A DNA stretch of 7,592 nt from Candidatus Heimdallarchaeota archaeon (GTDB lineage: Archaea; Asgardarchaeota; Heimdallarchaeia; Heimdallarchaeales; Heimdallarchaeaceae), in NCBI GenBank assembly GCA_030668875.1, contig DAOVER010000091.1, positions 1 to 7,592 on the forward strand. The letters run 5' to 3'. Made by a program: the position numbers and the translations under genes. Shown piece by piece: positions 1 through 7,339 of the stretch (positions are counted from its first letter, which is position 1; the number at the start of each line of letters is the position of its first letter). The notes beneath the pieces were generated by a model. The model was given only the letters and a program-made list of their open reading frames with translations, was not told the DNA's origin and ran no database searches.

Positions 1-513
1 CGAGACTACTGTCCGAGAAGGGAGAGAGATAATAATATGCACTTTGCGGAAAAGTTTGGAAGTCTTCTTCAGTTGTCCTTTTGCCCACTTAAGGTAGCGC
101 CAGAGGTTACCTGTAGTGATTTTAAACCCCGAACTGTCTACCGCACACTCCGCGTCTTCCCCTTTTACAGCAGTATTGTAGCCCATAGTCCTAACCCAAC
201 TCTCTAACGATCCTACACTTATATCTTGCCATACTCTGTGAAAAGTGCTTTTTGAAGGTATAACCCTAAGGTACCCTTCTCTTCTCAGAAATTCACACAA
301 GGACAGCTTTAGAGGCAGTGTTCTCCATGGTACTCCTTCTATCCTCCCAATCACACAGAGTAAGACTATTACCCACCTTTCACCTACTCTTGGTGCTCCT
401 CCCTTCCTCCGGTCTACTGTTCCTTTCTCTGGGAATTTCCTTCTAACCAAATCTTTATTTATTTCAATAAACTGCTTAACTACTTGAGGGTCGAATTTTT
501 GTAGTATTAGCAT
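1..513 (-). CDS. IS5-like (DDE_Tnp_1-type) transposase, N-terminal 171 aa, runs off the window start
   Basis: Manual translation from ATG at 513: MLILQKFDPQVVKQFIEINKDLVRRKFPEKG...IPSKSTFHRVW...ECAVDSSGFKITTGNLWRYLKW...LFRKVHIIISLPSRTVVS, with no stop. PSxSTxHR precedes 'AVDSSGF' (first catalytic Asp, codon 136-138) and 'RKVH', matching the DSTG...KLH pattern of IS5-family transposases. Absent from the ORF track because it is open at the edge. Confidence 0.85.
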   Translation of the reverse strand, partial: MLILQKFDPQVVKQFIEINKDLVRRKFPEKGTVDRRKGGAPRVGERWVIVLLCVIGRIEGVPWRTLPLKLSLCEFLRREGYLRVIPSKSTFHRVWQDISVGSLESWVRTMGYNTAVKGEDAECAVDSSGFKITTGNLWRYLKWAKGQLKKTSKLFRKVHIIISLPSRTVVS

Positions 514-640
514 ATTTCAAGATTTGACCCTCATTACTTAGACTCTTCGGTCTTTGCTTTTTTCCCCCTTTTCTCCGCTAAAACGCTCTTTTTCCCTTAG
601 AGAAGCTCTAGTCTAGGCAGACTAGTTTTGGGACATGCTT
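1..640 (-). mobile_element. Left portion of an IS5-like insertion sequence
   Basis: Transposase ORF plus a ~125 bp non-coding end. GC is about 43-48% in sampled lines versus about 32% just after 660. Candidate terminal sequence on the minus strand is AAGCATGTCCCAAAACTAG (640->622). The partner end and target duplication are outside the window, so the boundary is approximate. Confidence 0.7.
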
Positions 641-644
641 GAAG

Positions 645-1784
645 ATGAGTAAAATTAAATTGTTGAGTTTCGCTCTTTCTTTTATCTTTATAACAATGAA
701 CACTCTTTCAGCTTTCACAATACAGATACCATCTGTTGTTGTTGTTAAAATGGATGATGATACATCGATTGATAGGAGCATTACCACATTAAAAAAGAAT
801 ATTCCTAATGTTGTTGTAGTTGAATACCAATCCTTTGAATTTGCATTGAAAATAGGACGTACCCCTAATCCAGTAATATGGGTTGGTCATGGAGATACTT
901 CTGGTATCAACACATATAAGAAAATGCTTTCGTGGGAAGAATTAGCAAAGAAACTCCTCATAACTCCAGCAACAGACATTATACTTTCTTGTTATTCAAG
1001 CACTATATTAGAAAAAGATTTAGTGGAAGATGATAGTGTTTTCACATTCAAAACTGATATCGATTGTGTTTTAGGCGCTCAAATTGTATCCTATATCTAT
1101 AATCCTTCAGATAGATTAGCAGAAGTTTTAATTGGACGATACTTATCTTTGAAATCTGGTAAAATTAAAAGTAATCCTTTAATTATTCCAGGTCCAATTG
1201 TCTTAGATCCTGGTGACGGGGGAGGAATAACACCTCCAAGCGAGGAGTTTGATCCAAATGATTTTGCTATAAACCTATCATATGATGATCTTAAAGATGA
1301 ACCTAATTATGCTGTTTATTATTTTTCCTGGATTGAATTGGTTTATGCATTAGTAACATTTGTTTACCTTGTAATCGATCTTGCATTAGCGACGAATGTA
1401 AAAGCAATGGGGTGGAGTTTCATGAAGAGCGCATTTGTTTCTTTCATGGCTTTTGGACACGTTGTCCTAATCATGACTTGGATTTATGATTACATGCATT
1501 GGATTTCTATTGGTGAAGTAATTGCAAATATAGTCGGTATTTTTTGGTTAGTTGGGGAATTGCTTGTAGAAGCTATAAGCGGAGCTTCAATAGTAGAAAT
1601 CTTGGCTTTCGTTGCATTAGTTGTTATTCAATTGGGGATTCAGCTTTTGATACATGCAATCCTTGATATTTTAACAGCAGGGCAAATTTGTGCTCTTAGA
1701 CTTGTAATATCAACAGTGTTGATAACAGCTTGGCTGTTGAATACAATTGGAGATTTCTTAGATCAAGATTCAATAGCGGGGTGA
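645..1784 (+). CDS. Secreted/membrane protein: signal peptide + putative clan CD (caspase/gingipain-like) cysteine peptidase domain + Pro/Gly linker + ~5 hydrophobic helices
   Basis: ATG at 645 (track uses TTG 639). MSKIKLLSFALSFIFITMNTLSA is signal-peptide-like. VIWVGHG (His codon 888-890) and IILSCYS (Cys codon 990-992) each follow a hydrophobic beta-strand, as in clan CD dyads. Linker PGPIVLDPGDGGGITPP, then a strongly hydrophobic region from ~1314. Confidence 0.65.
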   Translation: MSKIKLLSFALSFIFITMNTLSAFTIQIPSVVVVKMDDDTSIDRSITTLKKNIPNVVVVEYQSFEFALKIGRTPNPVIWVGHGDTSGINTYKKMLSWEELAKKLLITPATDIILSCYSSTILEKDLVEDDSVFTFKTDIDCVLGAQIVSYIYNPSDRLAEVLIGRYLSLKSGKIKSNPLIIPGPIVLDPGDGGGITPPSEEFDPNDFAINLSYDDLKDEPNYAVYYFSWIELVYALVTFVYLVIDLALATNVKAMGWSFMKSAFVSFMAFGHVVLIMTWIYDYMHWISIGEVIANIVGIFWLVGELLVEAISGASIVEILAFVALVVIQLGIQLLIHAILDILTAGQICALRLVISTVLITAWLLNTIGDFLDQDSIAG

Positions 1785-1810
1785 AAATCTCCGTTCCCCT
1801 TCTTTTTCCT
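1776..1810 (+). terminator. Possible terminator: small hairpin overlapping the stop codon plus pyrimidine/T tract
   Basis: GCGGGGT-GAAA-ATCTCCGT can fold with G-U pairs and a bulge, followed by TCCCCTTCTTTTTCCT. Confidence 0.35.
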
Positions 1811-1838
1811 ACAAAAAATGGAAAGATTGCAATAATCA

Positions 1839-1846
1839 TTTATATT
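1839..1846 (+). promoter_or_regulatory. TATA-box-like motif upstream of the membrane-protein gene
   Basis: TTTATATT at 1839-1846, about 40-50 bp before the start codons at 1885/1894. The region is AT-rich, so this could be chance. Confidence 0.3.
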
Positions 1847-1893
1847 AATGGAATAATTAAGTTTTGTAAAACAAATGGATTAATGTGTTGTTA

Positions 1894-2724
1894 ATGGATC
1901 TTAAGAGGACTAGAACTATATTAAAGAGTAATCGGGAATTAAGACGACGTATAAATAGTTTAAAACAATCTATCTTTTTATCAGGGATATTAGTTTCTAT
2001 TGTATTAGGAATTATAATTGGATACTTTAATTACTATTTTTTCTTTTTTATAATCTCGAAAATTTTAATTGGAGTATTTGTAACTTTCGGTTTTGTTTAC
2101 CTTCTGATAGATGATTCCTCTAACTTAACTTCATGGAATAATTATAACGAAAGAAAATCTTTCCTAATTGAAAAGGGGTTATTAGCTATGTTACAAACCG
2201 TTATTCTATTTGCCATAACTTTTTTTATATTTCTAATCTCAAGATTAAGTGGCTTTACCAAAGTAACCGAAGAGAGATTTCTTTCACAATTCCCTGACTT
2301 CATTTATCCAAAAGATTACTCTCCAGAGCCAATTCAGATATTTCTAATAATCCTTGTAATCATGTTATCTATTCTTTCAAATTTTTCCTCCTTTATTTGG
2401 TTTGTTGGCCGTTTTATTCATTTTAGAGGCTTTAGTACAAAAATAAGACTACTAAAGGTAGATGTAAAGCGTTTCTTTTTGGGTTGGACAATAATGATGA
2501 TGATTTGGTTTGTTCTTTTTCCCGCATTTTTGGATCGTATTTTTATTGATTCTGTTACAGGAAACCCATATGAAAGATGGTCTCTTTTTAGTAGTATCTT
2601 AGCTAGTAATCCTAATTATCTCCTTTTATTTCAAATAGGTATCTTAGTGGTGATAAATTGTATATTCTTTTTTGATGGGATTCGTTTGTTGAAATCTAGA
2701 ACATACTATACAAACAATAGTTAA
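1894..2724 (+). CDS. Hypothetical polytopic membrane protein (~6 TM helices)
   Basis: Long ORF (ATG 1894, or GTG 1885). Basic N-terminus then six hydrophobic segments, e.g. IFLSGILVSIVLGIIIGYF, IQIFLIILVIMLSIL, FFLGWTIMMMIWFVLFPAFL. No family recognised. Confidence 0.8.
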   Translation: MDLKRTRTILKSNRELRRRINSLKQSIFLSGILVSIVLGIIIGYFNYYFFFFIISKILIGVFVTFGFVYLLIDDSSNLTSWNNYNERKSFLIEKGLLAMLQTVILFAITFFIFLISRLSGFTKVTEERFLSQFPDFIYPKDYSPEPIQIFLIILVIMLSILSNFSSFIWFVGRFIHFRGFSTKIRLLKVDVKRFFLGWTIMMMIWFVLFPAFLDRIFIDSVTGNPYERWSLFSSILASNPNYLLLFQIGILVVINCIFFFDGIRLLKSRTYYTNNS

Positions 2725-2955
2725 CCTTTGTATAGCTATTGCATAATGCCCCCTGATATTAAATTTGTTCAATATTTTTTTGGTACGATTTTATGATTTT
2801 GACAATTAAAAAAAAGAATTTAAGAGTAAAAACCATTAATTATAGTTTAAATTGATCTAGCATCGAATGTTCTTGTAAAGTTGATAGATTCATACATTAA
2901 TGCAGAATTCCTTTAATAGAGGTTCTTCCTTTTGAATCTATAAGAATTCAAGATT

Positions 2956-3948
2956 GTGTTAGGTTTGAATGTAAAATCAGTAATAGAATTCCTACTAAAT
3001 TTTAATGAACCAGTAGTTCGACTGAAGACGTATTTACGTCTCTTGGATCATGATTATGATACTTCAGAAGTAAAAAAACTAACTGCAAATTTGAAGAAAG
3101 AATCACCACTCATATCTAGTTTATTTTCTTATCTACCGAAAGATGAAACTAGTAAAATTTCTCATGTATATACAAAATGGTGAGGTGTTCACTGGATTTT
3201 ATCGCAGTTAGCAGACATAGGTTATCCATCTGGTGATAATGATTTATTACCAAGTATAAATAGAGAAATGGAATGGCTACTAGATGGTAAACGCTGGGAA
3301 TCTAAGCCCTTGATAAATGGCAGAAGACGTTTTTGTGCCTCCCAAGAGAGTAATGGTCTCTATGCTGCTCTTTCTCTGGGTTTTTTTGATGAAAGATGTA
3401 AGCTATTAGCTGATAGGTTAATTCAACATCAATGGAGTGATGGTGGTTGGAACTGTGATAGAAAAGCTTCTGCAAGTAAATCTTCTTATCACGAGAGTCT
3501 CATACCTTTGAGAGCTCTTAATCGTTATTTAAGTGTAGAAAAATCCCCTCAATTAATAAGCGCAATAGATAGAGCAGCAGAGCTATTTCATAAAAGGAAT
3601 CTCTACAAACGAATCAGCGATGGAGAGATTATCAACAAAAGATGGTTGTCACTTCATTATCCTCCTTATTGGCATTATGATATTCTCTCAGCTTTGAAGG
3701 TACTAGCAGAAGCCAACAAACTTCAAGATAAACGATGTCACGATGCACTAGATTTACTAGAATCTAAGAGATTAGCTAATGATGGATTTCCAAAAGAAGA
3801 AAAATATTGTCAATCATCAAACCCGAAAACCAGATATTTTACTCCAGCTGATTGGAGGCCAATTAATAAGAAAAAGATGAATGAATGGGTGACTATAGAT
3901 GCTCTTTTCATCCTTAAGAATGCAACTAGAATGGATATCGACTATTAA
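2956..3948 (+). pseudogene. Alpha/alpha-toroid (prenyltransferase/terpene-cyclase repeat-like) protein split by an in-frame TGA at 3181-3183
   Basis: Track ORFs 2956-3183 and 3268-3948 are in the same frame (offset 312). Reading through gives ...HVYTKW*GVHWILSQLADIGYPSGDNDLLPSINREMEWLL..., which is continuous protein-like sequence. QWSDGGWNC is QW-repeat-like; YPPYWHYDIL and LDLLESKR match a conserved hypothetical family as I recall it (not verified by search). Confidence 0.75.
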
Positions 3949-4064
3949 CTCATTAACACAAATTAATGAATATATTATTTCCTGTCTATTTTACGGAATT
4001 TTTGAATTGGTTTGGAATACTTGAAGTAATTTGTCTTTTTGCTTACTATTCCACACTAGTATTT

Positions 4065-4493
4065 TCATTCTTTCATTTTTCTTCGAATGATACTCATTAG
4101 TTCTTTCTCTAATGTTCCAAAATCTGATAGTTTAGATTTGATAATGTCATAAGCTAGTTCTTCATCCAATCTTCCATAACGATGAACCAAAATATTTCTA
4201 AATCCTCTCATCCCTTTTATTTTTTCTACCATTTCTAAATTCAATATTTCTCGTTTCTGTAATTGCTCTAATACATCTATTGTTCCATTTGGTATTCCTA
4301 GTTTCAAATCCGCATTAATCATTGCAACTACATCAATTATTAATTCTACACTGTACTCATATCTCTTATATATACCATCCTTGACCAATCCAAGTTTCAT
4401 AAAATCCTCAAGGTTGTCAGTTAGATTCTCCTGAATTAATTGAACATTTTCTTTTATTCGATCAAATTTTGCTATATAGAGATCAATCCTCAA
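4065..4493 (-). CDS. hepT: HEPN (DUF86) RNase toxin of a type VII toxin-antitoxin system
   Basis: RNILVHRY matches the HEPN RX4H catalytic motif with the trailing HXY Tyr; 142 aa; TTG start overlaps the upstream MNT stop by 11 nt. Confidence 0.9.
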   Translation of the reverse strand: MRIDLYIAKFDRIKENVQLIQENLTDNLEDFMKLGLVKDGIYKRYEYSVELIIDVVAMINADLKLGIPNGTIDVLEQLQKREILNLEMVEKIKGMRGFRNILVHRYGRLDEELAYDIIKSKLSDFGTLEKELMSIIRRKMKE

Positions 4494-4878
4494 TCATCAC
4501 ACCTTCTATGTATTGAATTCTGTATTTCTCAAAATCTTCATACTCACGAATTATATTATAAGCAATGTCATAAAGTTGTCTAGTTTCGTACACAACCCTT
4601 CCCGCTAGAACTTCTTTTTGTACTGCTAATGGTAGTAAATTCAGTGCTTGAAAGTCGAATACATCATGAAATTCTCCTGAATACTCTATTCTTTTGGAAT
4701 ATATTTCTGATTTTTCTAAGAATTGCTCAAAAGCTAATGCTATATCAACATCTTGAAAATTATCCTCATTAAGGAACGAACCATATATGATAACACCTAA
4801 AACCTTCTCATCACTTTCTGCTTTGCTTTTTATCCTTAAAATAATTTCTTCAATTTGTGATTTTTCCAGTTCAAGCAC
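4483..4878 (-). CDS. mntA: Minimal nucleotidyltransferase (MNT) antitoxin
   Basis: GVIIYGSFLNEDNFQDVDIA matches the GSX10DXD motif; 131 aa; directly upstream of and overlapping the HEPN gene. Confidence 0.9.
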   Translation of the reverse strand: MLELEKSQIEEIILRIKSKAESDEKVLGVIIYGSFLNEDNFQDVDIALAFEQFLEKSEIYSKRIEYSGEFHDVFDFQALNLLPLAVQKEVLAGRVVYETRQLYDIAYNIIREYEDFEKYRIQYIEGVMIED

Positions 4879-4916
4879 CTACTATTCATTTCCAAGTATT
4901 TAGGTACCAGACATAT

Positions 4917-4928
4917 TCTTTAAGCTTT
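4917..4928 (-). promoter_or_regulatory. BRE/TATA-like promoter candidate for mntA-hepT
   Basis: Minus strand reads AAAGCTTAAAGA about 40 bp upstream of the GTG start at 4878. Confidence 0.3.
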
Positions 4929-4945
4929 GGTATTTATTACTTCAG

Positions 4946-7339
4946 TCAGCATTGATTTTTGGCTAATCCTTTTCTTACCTCTTCTATTGCCTCTTCTGGT
5001 TGGTTTATCATAATGACAAATTCACTTTTTGATGTCTGATAGGGTTCAGTTTCCATCATTGACAATAAGATATTTATCAACAGAACTTGACCATCAAATA
5101 TTGTACTAGAACCAAAAAATCCTAGTGCAGACATAAAGGAAAGAGAAACTTCATCTTTTTCGACCCTTACCCATACCTCCTCCATATTTGCTTGATTTAT
5201 GAATGGTTTTTGAACTCTGTTTCTAATCCAATTCTTCATTCCTCCAGGTACTCGAATCACATTGTCACTTGTTTCACCTTTGAGCGCAATATCAGCAATC
5301 ATGGCAACTATCGTATTAACCTTTCTGGGTGTTTCATTCACATTTTCAATTTTAATTCGAATTATGTTTGAATCTGGGAGAGTTAAATATGAAATAGAGT
5401 ATTTTTGCCCTTTCAATCTTTCAGATTTTTCATTGATCCATGTAGTTTTAACTCCTACCCAATCTCCTTCTGATACTTCTTCTGTTTCAGTGTTCTCTAG
5501 TTCAGCAAAAGGATTATCCTCTGAAGTATGGAACATTGCCGGTTGGATTCCACCCAAATAGCTTTCCATGAAAAATTTTGGACCAACTTTAGGAAAACTA
5601 TCTAGAAGGAAAGAATTACCTTCAGAATCTTCAAGTTGAATTAGATCTCCACCTATTTTTTTTGGAACCTTAAATCTCAGATTTCCATTTTCAACCATCA
5701 ATACTTCCTGTTCCTCTGTCTTTTCTTCTTGGATTCTAATTTCTGAACCTCCCTTCAACATAACCGCCATATCAAAATCCATTTCAAATTCCCCGCTAAA
5801 ATGTAATCTAACTATATCACTTGATTTTAAAGTATCGTCAGGTATTGTGAGTTCAATTTCAATTGGAGTTTTACTATTTGGTACAAGCTCAGGCATTTCT
5901 ATTTGCTGTTGTTTACCCTCTGGTGTAACAAAAAAGCCATTCCATTTATCAGGCAAGATAAGAGATAATTTACCTGGAAGCGGATAAGGAGTTACTGATA
6001 ACATTTCTATGGTTTTTTGTGTTATTGTCCCTTTTGTTAGGATGTTGTTATCTTTTAGAGTAGCAGTTATTGGAGCAGTAGTTTGAACACCATATAATGA
6101 TTCTTCAAATGACATTTCTTTTTGCCCAATTAATTGATTCCACCTAGTTCTCACCTCTCTCAAAGAACTGTATGAATGAGCATACCAGAAATGAACTACT
6201 GAAACTTTTTCTCCTAGCTTCAATGATGTTTGTTTACTTTCTAGATCAGATAGGAATCCTTGATTTATCTTTATCTTCTCAATATTTTCAGGATTCCATA
6301 TAAGAGCTGAAATATTAACCTCTCCCATAAGTTCTCCAGCAGTCCAAGACTCATTCCAATCTTCTGGTTTATCCGAAACAAGATTTTGAGTCATAACAGG
6401 AAATGTAGGATCACATTCAATGTATTTGTTGAATATAGGGGTGTACACTTTTGCAAAATTCCCAATCGGATTAACATTGAGTCCTCCACCTCTTGTTGTA
6501 TTCACTCTTCCTCCCGTGGTAATTGATCCTTGATGTTCAATGTTTTCCAATTCTATCCAATGTTCTACTTCTTTAACTCCTGGTACAACACGTATATTTT
6601 TGATAATTCTTAATCCTTTTACTTGAATGCTATTTCCTTTAAGAATTAGAGTCAATTCATTTCCATCTTTCTTAACTCCGTAATCAAATTTCAGTGTTCT
6701 ATCCAAATCAAAACCATATGGAGGACCAATTTCAAAAGAGGATCTGATTTTAGTATCTTCTACATACCTTCTTGAAAAGAATATATTTGCTCTCTCTAAT
6801 TGTATTCTTATTGCCCAATAATCTGTAATCAAAGTAATCTTATCTTCATCTGGTCCTTGGATAACTTCTGCCATACCAGATATATTTGCAACCAAAGGTA
6901 AGTTAAATTTAGGCAGTGAAAATTCATTTTCTTTTATTTTTACAATTGGTGTTGCATGTAAAGTGAAAATAGATTGCTTTGTATCCTTTGGAATTGCTAA
7001 AGGAATTTCTATACCAGTTATTTCGCCTGGTTCAATAGAGAAATCTATTTCTTCTTCTTTCACTTTAATACCATCTACATGAATGAGAATCTTACCTGAA
7101 AGATGTTCGTTTGTATAATTCTTCAGATCGAGATACACTTTCTTCTCTATACCTAATGGTGTATTGATATATTCTGTCGAGCTCAGTAATTCAATAGCTG
7201 GATGGATTCTACCACCAGTTGTTAATTTAATCTCATATGACTTAAATGAGAAAATCGCTTCAATTACTTCAGAAGATCTTTGAGAAGATTTGTGTTTTCT
7301 AGATGTGCTATCTATAATGAAACTACTACTAACTGTAAC
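4946..7339 (-). pseudogene. C-terminal ~800 aa of a large beta-rich protein (Ig-like and galactose-mutarotase-like supersandwich segments), 5'-interrupted by an insertion
   Basis: Track ORF 4946-7138 continues in frame for 73 codons to TAA at 7358-7360 with no ATG/GTG/TTG. The extension reads ...VTVSSSFIIDSTSRKHKSSQRSSEVIEAIFSFKSYEIKLTTGGRIHPAIELLSSTEYINTPLGIEKKVYLDLK. VLMVENGNLRFKVPKKIGGDLIQL resembles the start of mutarotase-like domains. Confidence 0.65.

Noticed and set aside
245-487. Track ORF, 80 aa, plus strand
   Set aside because: Antisense shadow of the motif-bearing transposase on the minus strand; no recognisable features.
2884-2941. 9-bp inverted repeat ATAGATTCA/TGAATCTAT with 40-nt spacer
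   Set aside because: AT-rich intergenic context and long spacer; no supporting evidence for an operator.
3950-4053. AT-rich hairpins (3950-3969; 4013-4053) between convergent genes
   Set aside because: Plausible ordinary terminators but weak; not called.
4894-4942. Imperfect inverted repeat around the mntA promoter
   Set aside because: Several mismatches and a bulge in AT-rich DNA; cannot be distinguished from chance.
5262-5561. Track ORF, 99 aa, plus strand
   Set aside because: Fully antisense to the long minus-strand gene; Ser-rich composition typical of a shadow frame.
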